Assembly (NCBI GenBank): GCA_015488325.1
Contig: WFOA01000123.1
Span: forward strand, 1,226-65,225
DNA from: Acidimicrobiia bacterium
GTDB lineage: Bacteria > Actinomycetota > Acidimicrobiia > Spongiisociales > ZC4RG35
Length of the DNA stretch: 64,000 bases
Direction: 5' to 3'
In this document: positions 47,394-55,983 of the stretch, piece by piece
Numbering within the stretch: position 1 is the first letter of the stretch
Layout: each line of letters begins with the position of its first letter
Notes under the pieces: generated by a model
The model's database searches: none
Seen by the model: only the letters and a program-made list of their open reading frames with translations
What the model was told of the DNA's origin: nothing
Position numbers and translations under genes: made by a program

Positions 47394-49208
47394 TCACGAC
47401 GGCAGGGTGAGACGGAACACGCTCCACGAACCGTCACGGAGGTAGACGAGGTCGCCGTCCATGAGGCGTGCGAGCTGTCTGCTCACGGTGAGCCCGAGAC
47501 CCACACTCGCCGGCTGGCCCATGATGTCGTGGGCCGTCCGGTAGGGCTCGAAGATGCGTTCGCGAAGCTCGGGAGGGATCCCCTCGCCGTCGTCGCGGAC
47601 CTCGATGATCGTCACGCCGTCGCCGGGACGCACCCGCACCTCGACCCGGGGCCCGCCGTACCGGCGGGCGTTGGTCGACAGGTTGCGGAGGATCTGGCGG
47701 AGACGGCGCGGGTCGGCGGTCACCGTCGCCGGATCGCCCGCCACCGTCACCTCGCCATCGGCGAAGACCGCGGCGAGGGCCCGTTCCAACTCGGGGCGGA
47801 TCTCGACCCGGGTGGGTGCCACGTTCACCTGGCCGATATCGGCCCGGGCGACCACGAGGAGGTCTTCGACGATGTGGGCGACCTCGGTCGCCTGGTCGGC
47901 GATGAGCCCGACGAACTCCTCCAGTTCGTCACGGGAGAAACGCCCGAGGTCGGACCGCAGCTCCTGGGCGAGGCCGACCACCGCCGTCAACGGCGTCCGC
48001 AGTTCGTGGGAGACGGCCGCCACGAATTCGTCTTTCGAACGGACCAGCTTCTCCAACGTCTCCTTGGCTCGCATCCGATCCCAAAACACCCCGACCATGC
48101 GGGCCGCCGTCGCCAACAACAGCAGATCCTGGCGGTCCCAGGTGCGGGCTCGGGACAGGTCGGAGAACCCGATGATCCCCGCCAGGTCCCCGCCGATGAA
48201 GATGGGGATCTTCACTTCGGAACGGATCCTGGTGGGAGCCTGTTCGTACCAGGCCCGTTCCTTCCCGTTCAGCTCGTCGATGGTGAAGGCGAACGCTCGG
48301 CCCTGCGCCACCTGTCGGTAGGCGGTGGGCAGACGCGACCAGGGGACTCTCCGCCAGTACTCCCAGTCGGCGACCGTCGCCACCAGACCCGGCGCGGCGA
48401 CGGTCACGTGGCTGCAGATGACGGGTCCCAGCTCAGGGTCGTCTTCGCAGGTGTTCACGAACGCGAAGGAGGCGCCGGTGGCCCGCCGGAGGGCTTCGAG
48501 GGCCTGGCGGAGCGAGTCTTCGCCGTGGCCCAGCAGCAGCATGCGCCCGGCTTCGGCCAAGGCGTGTTCCATCTCGATGCGACGGGCCATCGCCGCCATG
48601 CTGGTCGTACGGGCCTCGTCGAGCTCCTGGCGTTCCCAGAAGGTGGCGATGAGGCTGGCGACGGTGCCGAGGAGGTCGAGGTCGTCGTCGGACCACCGGT
48701 GCCCCGCTTCGGTCCGGGCGAATCCCAACACGCCCATCCAGCGTCCCCGCCGCCCGACGGGGAGCTTCACCACCGAGCGGGTGACCGTCTCCACCACGTC
48801 CCGGTAGAAGCACCGTTCGGGGCCCTCCAGTTCGTCGACGGTGAAGGCCACCGCCCGCCCCTCCTCCAGCCCCTGCCTGCTGTGGGGAAGGCGGCTCCAC
48901 GGAACGAAGGTGAAGATGTCTGCGACCTGGCTCGAAAGCTCCAACCCTGGGCGGCACCGAGCCGCCACGTTGGTGAAACCGAAGCCCCGCTCAGGGTCGT
49001 GGACGTTGCGGTCGAGGAACACGAAATCCGTGTCCGTCGCCTCCAACAGGACATCGAGGACCCGTTCGATCCCGTCGTCGCCTTCGTCGGCGAGCAGCGT
49101 GGACGCAGCCACGGCGACGGCGCGTTCGATCCGGACCGGACGTTCGACCGCCGGCGGAGGCGTCTCGCCTCGCCCGTCGGCCGCGAGGGTTTCGGACACT
49201 GGTTTCAT
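47394..49208 (-). CDS. cytoplasmic sensor histidine kinase with two GAF domains
   Basis: 604 aa with two GAF-like regions, HisKA (FVAAVSHELRTPLTAV) and HATPase (RLRQILRNLSTNARRYG ... GLGLTVSRQLA). No TM segment, and no response regulator adjacent. Confidence 0.8.
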   Translation of the reverse strand: MKPVSETLAADGRGETPPPAVERPVRIERAVAVAASTLLADEGDDGIERVLDVLLEATDTDFVFLDRNVHDPERGFGFTNVAARCRPGLELSSQVADIFTFVPWSRLPHSRQGLEEGRAVAFTVDELEGPERCFYRDVVETVTRSVVKLPVGRRGRWMGVLGFARTEAGHRWSDDDLDLLGTVASLIATFWERQELDEARTTSMAAMARRIEMEHALAEAGRMLLLGHGEDSLRQALEALRRATGASFAFVNTCEDDPELGPVICSHVTVAAPGLVATVADWEYWRRVPWSRLPTAYRQVAQGRAFAFTIDELNGKERAWYEQAPTRIRSEVKIPIFIGGDLAGIIGFSDLSRARTWDRQDLLLLATAARMVGVFWDRMRAKETLEKLVRSKDEFVAAVSHELRTPLTAVVGLAQELRSDLGRFSRDELEEFVGLIADQATEVAHIVEDLLVVARADIGQVNVAPTRVEIRPELERALAAVFADGEVTVAGDPATVTADPRRLRQILRNLSTNARRYGGPRVEVRVRPGDGVTIIEVRDDGEGIPPELRERIFEPYRTAHDIMGQPASVGLGLTVSRQLARLMDGDLVYLRDGSWSVFRLTLPS

Positions 49209-49238
49209 GGTGACGCGGGGAACCCGTCCCCACCGCTT

Positions 49239-50729
49239 CTATCGGCGCTCCGACCCGGAGGATTGAGGATCTCGACGACGCCCCGTCAACGCCACGGCGC
49301 CCACGGCGATCGCCCCCACCTGCAGCCAGTCGCCCCAACGCACATACAGGGTGGGTCCGCCCTCGGCGAGCCGGACCGTACCGACGATCAGCTCGGAGGT
49401 GGCGAGGCCGGTGCGTCGCCCCACCTGCCCGCCGTCGGTGATGAAGGTGGAGCGTCCGGTGACGGCGCTGTGCACGACGTCGACACCCAGCTCCGCCGCC
49501 CGCATGCGCGTGATCCCGATGAGTTGATCCGACGCCGCCGAATACGGGTAGCTGACCTGACTGGTGGCGACGACCAGCAGCTTGGCTCCGGCCCGGACGG
49601 TATCCCTCGGATAGCGGGCGAACGAGCTCTCGAACGAGATCACCGAACCGAACGGCCCGAACCCGACGTCGAAGACGAGGGGATGGGTGCCGCGGATCAT
49701 GTCGCGGGGCACCGCTGCGAGCTCCCGGACCCAGCCGAAGAGGGGCCGGGCCGGGACGTATTCCCCGAAGGGGACGGGATGGCGCTTGCGGTATTCACCG
49801 ACGATCCGACCGGACCGGTCGAACACGACGTTGGCGTTCACCCATTCGGTCTCGGACACGACCCGGTCACCGCCCACCAGGAACGCCGCGCCGATCCGCC
49901 GAGCCTCGGCAGCGATGGCCTCTCCGACCTCACGGTTGAGGACCGGGTCGGCGTTGATGCCCCCGGTCGAGCCTTCCGGCCACACCACCAGGTCGACCGA
50001 ACCTGGGGCGATCGTCCGGGTCAGCGCCAGATGCTGCCGATAGGTCCGAAACCGTTCGTTCTCGCAGTGCTCGCCGGGACAGGGGGTGCTGCCCTGGACG
50101 ATGGCGACCCGCACCTCCCGTCCCCGGTCGACGGGCCCGGCGACGGCGCCGAACGTCACCAGGGCCGCCACCACCGCCACCGTCGCCGACAGGAGCCACC
50201 GGAGACGCCGCTTCTGCCACCCATGTAGGACCAGGACGGCGGCGGCTGCCGCGGCGACCAGCACCACCGACCAGCCGCTGGTGCCGATCCACCGGGCCGC
50301 CGCCCGGGCCGGCGAATACTCACCCATCGGGTATCCGGCCAGCCCCCAGCCGAACCCACCGACCGGGAACCGGACACGGAGGAACTCCATCGCCGCCCAG
50401 CCACCGGTCGCCACGGCCCACCATCGGAGGCTCCGACCCGTACCGACTCGGCGAACCAGCGCGCCGTAGAGGGCAGGGTATGCCGCCTGGCTCAACACCA
50501 GGGGGATGAGGGCGATGACGCCCAGCTCGCCGATCCAGGGGAACAGCAGCCCGAAGAACACGACCCCGAAGACCGCACCCACCGCCGCCGCCCGTCGTAC
50601 CGTCGACACCTCCGTCAACGCCCACAGGAACACGGCGAGCGCAGGGACGACCAACCACCCGGCACCGTACGGCGGGTAGGCGGCGACGAGGAGAACGGCG
50701 GCGACAGCCGCCGCGAAGAATGCACGCAT
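49239..50729 (-). CDS. lnt: apolipoprotein N-acyltransferase
   Basis: 496 aa with N-terminal multi-TM and a C-terminal nitrilase-like domain (VRVAIVQGSTP ... VVWPEGS ... YRKRHPVPFGEYVP). Confidence 0.85.
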   Translation of the reverse strand: MRAFFAAAVAAVLLVAAYPPYGAGWLVVPALAVFLWALTEVSTVRRAAAVGAVFGVVFFGLLFPWIGELGVIALIPLVLSQAAYPALYGALVRRVGTGRSLRWWAVATGGWAAMEFLRVRFPVGGFGWGLAGYPMGEYSPARAAARWIGTSGWSVVLVAAAAAAVLVLHGWQKRRLRWLLSATVAVVAALVTFGAVAGPVDRGREVRVAIVQGSTPCPGEHCENERFRTYRQHLALTRTIAPGSVDLVVWPEGSTGGINADPVLNREVGEAIAAEARRIGAAFLVGGDRVVSETEWVNANVVFDRSGRIVGEYRKRHPVPFGEYVPARPLFGWVRELAAVPRDMIRGTHPLVFDVGFGPFGSVISFESSFARYPRDTVRAGAKLLVVATSQVSYPYSAASDQLIGITRMRAAELGVDVVHSAVTGRSTFITDGGQVGRRTGLATSELIVGTVRLAEGGPTLYVRWGDWLQVGAIAVGAVALTGRRRDPQSSGSERR

Positions 50730-50803
50730 CGGCGGGATCGTACCGCCATCCGGCGACCAGACTCTCCGCTCGCGCTTGGATGGGGACGACGAAAGGTATC
50801 GAG

Positions 50804-51592
50804 ATGACCGACGATCGACGAGTGGCGCTCGAAGCAGCCCGTGCCGGGGCGGAGCTGGTCAGGTCCCGGTTCGGAGGCAGGATCGACACGTCCTTCAAAG
50901 GCGAAGTCGATCCCGTCACCGACGTCGACCGCGCGGCGGAGCGGGCGATCCTCGACACGTTGCACCGGTTCAGACCCGACGACGCCGTCCTCGCCGAAGA
51001 GGGTGGACGCACCGGCCGGCTCCGGGGGCGTGTCTGGATCGTCGACCCCCTCGACGGCACCGTCAACTTCCTCCATGGAATCCCCCACGTCGGGGTGTCG
51101 GTGGCGTTGTGGGAAGACGGCACACCCAAGGTGGGTGTGGTCGTCGATGCCATCGGCGGCGACGAATACGTGGCGGCGGTCGGTGAAGGGACGACCCGTT
51201 CCGGCACACCCGTCACGGTCTCGGCCCGACCCCTCTCCGACGGCCTCGTCGCCACCGGCTTCCCCTACGACCGCCGGGACCACGCCGCCGACTACGCCGC
51301 CACGGTCGGCGCCGTCCTCCGTCGCGCCCAGGGGATCCGCCGGTTCGGCGCAGCCACCCTCGACTTCTGCTGGGTCGCCGACGGACGGTTCGCCGGCTTC
51401 TGGGAGTTCGGCCTCGCACCCTGGGACGTCGCCGCCGGGATCCTCTTGGTCACCGAAGCCGGAGGGACCGTCACCGACCTGGACGGAAACCCTGCCGGTC
51501 TCGAGTCGAATGCCTGGGTGGTGACCAACGGCGTCGCCCACGAAGAGCTCCTCCGGACCGTCGCCGAGCACCGACCCCGCCACCTGCGATGA
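50804..51592 (+). CDS. inositol monophosphatase-family protein (SuhB/ImpA-like)
   Basis: ATG at 50804 after GAAAGG gives MTDDRRVALEAARAGAEL ... VLAEEGG ... WIVDPLDGTVNFLHGIP ... WDVAAGILL. Confidence 0.8.
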   Translation: MTDDRRVALEAARAGAELVRSRFGGRIDTSFKGEVDPVTDVDRAAERAILDTLHRFRPDDAVLAEEGGRTGRLRGRVWIVDPLDGTVNFLHGIPHVGVSVALWEDGTPKVGVVVDAIGGDEYVAAVGEGTTRSGTPVTVSARPLSDGLVATGFPYDRRDHAADYAATVGAVLRRAQGIRRFGAATLDFCWVADGRFAGFWEFGLAPWDVAAGILLVTEAGGTVTDLDGNPAGLESNAWVVTNGVAHEELLRTVAEHRPRHLR

Positions 51593-53130
51593 AGGTCCTC
51601 CTCGCCGACGCGGTCGTCACCGCTGGAGGTCGACAGGGAGACGCCGTCCTCGTCGACCGGGGCCGGATCGTGGCCGTCGGCCGTCGGGACGATCCCCGGT
51701 TCGCATCGCGGACACCGGTCGTCCACGACGGCGTGGTGGTCCCCGGCCTCGTCGACTCCCACCTCCATCCCGTCGGCTACGCCACCACCGTCGCCGGGCT
51801 CAGCGTCGGCCCCGCCGCCTGTTTCGACGATCTCGGGGAGCTGCTCGGAGCCGCCGCGGCCCAGCGGACGCCCCAGAGCGCCCTCGTTGCCGTCCGTCTC
51901 GACGAGGACGGTCTGGCGGAAGGGCGACTCCCCACCGCCGACGACCTCGACCGCTGGACCGGCGACGTCCCCACCGTCGTGTACCGCTACTGCGGGCATG
52001 TGGCGGTGGCCAACCGTGCCGCCCTCCGCCTCGCCGGGGTCGACGCCCGGACCACCGATCCGCCCGGAGGGATCATCGACCGGACGTCGGAGGGGGACCC
52101 CACCGGGGTGCTCCGCGAAACCGCGATCGGCCTGGTCGCCTCCGCAGTGGCCCCGCGGGTGCCTCCCCCCGGACCCGACGACGTCCTCGCCGCCTTGGGG
52201 TCGCTCACCGCGCTGGGTCTCACCCGCATCGTCGCCATCGCCGCCGCCGGGTCCAACGACCTGTGGTGTGGTCCAACCGACGAGGTGGCAGCCCTCGCCG
52301 CCATCGCCGACCGGCTCCCCCTCGACGTCCACCTGTTCGTGGCGACCACCGACCGTCGCCAGCTCGAACGGTCGGCCCGCACCGTCGCCGACGCCGGTGG
52401 CCGCCTCCACTTCGCCGGCGTCAAGCTCTTCGCCGACGGCAGCTTCGGCGGCCGCACCGCCGCCCTCCATCGGCCGTACAGCGACGATCCCGACAACCGG
52501 GGGACGCTCCGCCTCGACCCGACCCGTGACCGTGAGCTCGTCGCCGCGACCCGGGACCTGGGCGGAACGGCCGCCATCCACGCCATCGGCGATCGTGCCA
52601 TCGACGCGGTGCTCGACCTCGCCGCAGATCCGACGGCTCCCCCCGTCCGGATCGAACACGTGTCGCTCCCCACCGAAGAGGCCATCGTCCGGATGGCAGA
52701 TCTCGGGGTCGTCGCGTCGGTGCAGCCACCGTTCCTCGCCTCGGAGGCAACGTGGCTGCCGGGGCGTCTCGGCGACCGGATGGAACGGGTCTACCCCTTC
52801 GCCACCCTCCGCCGGCATGGAATCCCCACCGTCGCCGGTTCGGACTCCCCCGTGGAATCCCCCGACCCGCTGGCCGGTATCGCCGCGGCCCGGCGGCGTG
52901 ACGGGTTCTCTTCTGTCGAGAGGCTCTCCGGATCCGACGCCCTCGGCCTCTACACCGACGAGGCCCACCGGGTCCTCGGCCTGCGCGCTCCCCTCCAGCC
53001 CGGCGCACCGGCCGACCTCGTCGTCCTCGACGGTGACCCCACCGTGGCGGACCCCTCGACCCTCAGGGTCGTCGCCGTCTACAAGGCGGGCGAACCCGTC
53101 GTAGCGACCCCTCTGCCCTGGCCGGGATGA
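51589..53130 (+). CDS. metal-dependent amidohydrolase (amidohydrolase-3 family)
   Basis: 513 aa with ... PGLVDSHLHP ..., VKLFADGSFG and ... GSDSPV ... metal-ligand motifs. ATGA overlap with the preceding IMPase gene. Confidence 0.8.
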   Translation: MKVLLADAVVTAGGRQGDAVLVDRGRIVAVGRRDDPRFASRTPVVHDGVVVPGLVDSHLHPVGYATTVAGLSVGPAACFDDLGELLGAAAAQRTPQSALVAVRLDEDGLAEGRLPTADDLDRWTGDVPTVVYRYCGHVAVANRAALRLAGVDARTTDPPGGIIDRTSEGDPTGVLRETAIGLVASAVAPRVPPPGPDDVLAALGSLTALGLTRIVAIAAAGSNDLWCGPTDEVAALAAIADRLPLDVHLFVATTDRRQLERSARTVADAGGRLHFAGVKLFADGSFGGRTAALHRPYSDDPDNRGTLRLDPTRDRELVAATRDLGGTAAIHAIGDRAIDAVLDLAADPTAPPVRIEHVSLPTEEAIVRMADLGVVASVQPPFLASEATWLPGRLGDRMERVYPFATLRRHGIPTVAGSDSPVESPDPLAGIAAARRRDGFSSVERLSGSDALGLYTDEAHRVLGLRAPLQPGAPADLVVLDGDPTVADPSTLRVVAVYKAGEPVVATPLPWPG

Positions 53131-53136
53131 ACGGCT

Positions 53137-53367
53137 TCACGGGCGCAGGGCGGGGGCGACGTCGGTCTCGTAGTCGGCGTGGCGGCCCGTCGCCTTCTTC
53201 GAATACACCAGGTCCCCGTCGACGGTGACTTCGAACACCCCTCCCGAGGACGGGATGAGCCTGACCTCGAAGGTCTGGCCGAACTCTTCGAAGATCTCAC
53301 TGGCCATGCCCACGGCACGGTCGGTGTAGTTTCAGGTGCGGCAGAACTCGATGGTGACGGTACGCAT
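53137..53367 (-). CDS. selW: SelW/Rdx-family selenoprotein; the in-frame TGA at 53332..53334 is read as selenocysteine
   Basis: Minus-strand translation from ATG 53367 is MRTVTIEFCRT-U-NYTDRAVGMASEIFEEFGQTFEVRLIPSSGGVFEVTVDGDLVYSKKATGRHADYETDVAPALRP, 80 aa, with stop TGA at 53137..53139. It has the CxxU redox motif and the GGVFEV..G.L..SKK core that is diagnostic of SelW-like proteins. It is not in the ORF track because of the internal TGA. Confidence 0.7.
53304..53320 (-). promoter_or_regulatory. candidate bacterial SECIS hairpin downstream of the selW UGA
   Basis: RNA CCGUG-CCGUGGG-CAUGG (5-bp stem including one G-U, apical loop containing GU) begins 12 nt after the UGA. That spacing fits known bSECIS elements, which start about 11 nt downstream. 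Confidence 0.4.
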
Positions 53368-53416
53368 GCCCCGAGGATACGACCCAAATCCCCCCGGGCG
53401 GTAACGTGCCGCTGCC

Positions 53417-55372
53417 ATGACCTTCGACTACAGCTCCGTCGACTCCGCAACCGTCGAATCCACCGTCGAGGAAGCCCTCGACCGCGCCGAAGGACTCGTC
53501 GCCCGGGTCGTCGACCCCGACACACCCCCCACCTTCGACGGTGTCCTCGGCCCCCTCGACGACCTCGCAGACCTGCTGACCCGCACCTTCGGGATGTCGG
53601 GATTCTGCGGGTACGTCCACCCCGACCCCGACACCCGGGAAGCCGGGAAGAAGGCGGAGACCCGCCTGGGGAGTTGGGCGTCGGATCTGTGGTTCCGCGA
53701 CGACCTGTATCGGGCGGTACGGCGCTTCGCCGCCACCGACGAGGCTTCCTCCCTCACCGGCGAACGTGCGCGGCTCCTCCGCTTCGTCCTGCGTGACCTC
53801 CGACGGGCCGGGCACGAACTCGCCCCGGCCGACCGGGAGCGGGTCCGCCGGCTCACCCAGCGTCTCGTCGAGTTGGGGGTCGCCTTCGAACGGAACATCG
53901 CCGAGCACCGAGACCACCTCGCCCTCACCCGTGACGACCTCGAAGGGCTCCCCGACGGCTACGTCGACGGCCTGGAGCGGGGAGAAGACGGACGGTTCCT
54001 CGTGACGATGGCCTATCCCCACGTCGTCCCGTTCATGGAGCAGGCCCGCCGCCGCGACCTTCGTGAACGCCTCTCACGAAAGTTCAACAGCCGGGCCGTC
54101 GAAGCCAACCGCCCCATCCTCGCCGAAGCCGTCGAGGTGCGCCGTGAGATCGCCCAGATCTTCGGGCGTCCCTCCTGGGCCCACCACCAGCTCGAAGAAC
54201 GCATGGCGAAGACGCCCGAAGCCGTCGAAGCCTTCTACGAGGACCTGTTGCCGCCCCTCACCCGAGCCGCCGAAGCGGAGATCGCACGGATGACCGAGCT
54301 CCTCGTCGCCGACGGCGAAGAGCCACCCCTTCAGCTCTGGGATTGGCGCTACTACGACACGGTGCTCCGCAAGACCGAATACGGGGTCGACCCCAACGAA
54401 GTGGCCGCCTACTTCCCCCTGGAACGGGTCCTCGAAGGGCTGTTCGACCTCACCGGCACCGTCTTCGGGCTGCGATACGAACAGGTCGACGCCCCGGTGT
54501 GGCATCCCGACGTGGTCGCCTACGCCATCGTCGACCGGGACAGCGACCGCCAGATCGCCACCTTCTACGCGGATCTGTTCCCCCGCGAAGGCAAATTCAG
54601 CCACGCGGCGGCGTTCACCCTCGTCCCCGGCAGACGGCTGCGGGACGGGAGCTACCAGCGTCCCGTCTCCGCCATCGTCGCCAACTTCACCAAACCGACC
54701 GACCGCCGACCCTCCCTCCTCCAGCATTCCGAGGTCACGACCCTCTTTCACGAGTTCGGCCATGTCCTCCACCAGACCCTGACACGCACCGAACTCGCCT
54801 CGTTCTCGGGCACCAACGCCGAGCGGGACTTCGTCGAAGCCCCCAGCCAGATCATGGAACATTGGACCTGGCAGCCGGAGATCCTCGCCCGGTTCGCCCG
54901 GCACCACGAAACCGGGGAGCCGATCCCGGCCGAACTGGTCGAACGCCTCACCGCGGCCCGTCGACTCAACATCGGGTTGTCCACCCTCCGTCAGATCCAG
55001 TTCGGTCTCCTCGACATGTTCCTCCACGGCGCGTCCGAACCGGTCGACCTCGACGAGGCGGTCCGGCGGGCGACGGCGGTGACCCTCCTGCCCTACCACG
55101 AGGGAACGTTCTTCCCGGCCAGTTTCGGCCATCTTCTCTCCGGCTACGACGCCGGCTACTACGGCTACCTGTGGTCCGAGGTGTACGGAGACGACATGTT
55201 CAGCCGTTTCGAGGCCGAAGGGATCGACAGTCCCGAAGTGGGTCGGGCCTACCGCCGCGAGATCCTCGAGACCGGCGGCAGCCGAGACGCCGTCGAACAT
55301 CTCCGGGCGTTCCTCGGACGTGAACCCGACGCTCGGGCGTTCCTCCGCCACCTCGGGATCGGATCCGACTGA
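53417..55372 (+). CDS. M3-family zinc metallopeptidase (oligopeptidase A / peptidyl-dipeptidase Dcp-like)
   Basis: 651 aa with the HEFGH zinc site (TTLFHEFGHVLHQ) and a downstream EAPSQIMEHW glutamate ligand region. Confidence 0.85.
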   Translation: MTFDYSSVDSATVESTVEEALDRAEGLVARVVDPDTPPTFDGVLGPLDDLADLLTRTFGMSGFCGYVHPDPDTREAGKKAETRLGSWASDLWFRDDLYRAVRRFAATDEASSLTGERARLLRFVLRDLRRAGHELAPADRERVRRLTQRLVELGVAFERNIAEHRDHLALTRDDLEGLPDGYVDGLERGEDGRFLVTMAYPHVVPFMEQARRRDLRERLSRKFNSRAVEANRPILAEAVEVRREIAQIFGRPSWAHHQLEERMAKTPEAVEAFYEDLLPPLTRAAEAEIARMTELLVADGEEPPLQLWDWRYYDTVLRKTEYGVDPNEVAAYFPLERVLEGLFDLTGTVFGLRYEQVDAPVWHPDVVAYAIVDRDSDRQIATFYADLFPREGKFSHAAAFTLVPGRRLRDGSYQRPVSAIVANFTKPTDRRPSLLQHSEVTTLFHEFGHVLHQTLTRTELASFSGTNAERDFVEAPSQIMEHWTWQPEILARFARHHETGEPIPAELVERLTAARRLNIGLSTLRQIQFGLLDMFLHGASEPVDLDEAVRRATAVTLLPYHEGTFFPASFGHLLSGYDAGYYGYLWSEVYGDDMFSRFEAEGIDSPEVGRAYRREILETGGSRDAVEHLRAFLGREPDARAFLRHLGIGSD

Positions 55373-55563
55373 ACCGCGGTCCCCCGAAGCCACGTACAGG
55401 GAGACGTGACCGCGCCTTTACAGCCCGTTTACGTGCGTCCCGGAGAATGGGGGGTGACAGGAGACGAGGAAGTCGTTCCGACTTCGTCGCATCTTTGGAA
55501 CAAACCGACGCCGGGAGACGTTTCTCCCCATACGAATGCCCCTCCGGGGAAGGAGGCGACCAG

Positions 55564-55758
55564 ATGACCGAAGTTCTCAAGGGAAGAGCCATCAAGGGGG
55601 TGACTCGACCCAACAAACAGTTCAAAGAGGATCGTGTCTGCGCCAAGAAGGGCTGCAACACCAAACTGAGCCGGTACAACAAGCGGGAGTACTGCTACGC
55701 CCACGCTCCCGTCCGGTTCCCCCGGGTCAGGGGCAGGATCGTTCCTGAAGGCACCTGA
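55564..55758 (+). CDS. small zinc-ribbon hypothetical protein (64 aa)
   Basis: ATG 8 nt after GGAAGGAGG. Reads MTEVLKGRAIKGVTRPNKQFKEDRVCAKKGCNTKLSRYNKREYCYAH (CxxC ... CxxH). Followed by a hairpin at 55820..55847. Confidence 0.45.
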   Translation: MTEVLKGRAIKGVTRPNKQFKEDRVCAKKGCNTKLSRYNKREYCYAHAPVRFPRVRGRIVPEGT

Positions 55759-55819
55759 TCTCCTAGGCGCCGCGGTTCCGGTTCTCTCCCCCTCCCCCGA
55801 CACTGCGACGCCGAAGGAC

Positions 55820-55847
55820 GAGGCCCCGGTGATCCCGCCGGGGCCTC
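55820..55847 (+). terminator. GC-rich hairpin, candidate intrinsic terminator
   Basis: GAGGCCCCGG-tgatcccg-CCGGGGCCTC followed by GCTTCTGTTC. Sits between the small zinc-ribbon gene and yjjI. Confidence 0.35.
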
Positions 55848-55983
55848 GCTTCTGTTCGGCCGTCGCCCGGATCGACGTCCGCCCAGACAGCCCGAACCCG
55901 CTCGGCCCCTTCGATGGGGCCTTCCGGCCCTGGTGCCCCCGGGACGTTCATGGAACCCTCAGGCCAGCGACGGACGGAGGACC

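Noticed and set aside
46962-50228. 1088-aa plus-strand ORF
   Set aside because: Antisense to the GAF histidine kinase and lnt. Artefact of high GC.
53079-53796. ORFs 53179..53796 (+) and 53079..53525 (-)
   Set aside because: Both overlap the selW locus and are low-complexity. The minus-strand frame containing the TGA gives a strongly family-typical SelW protein instead.
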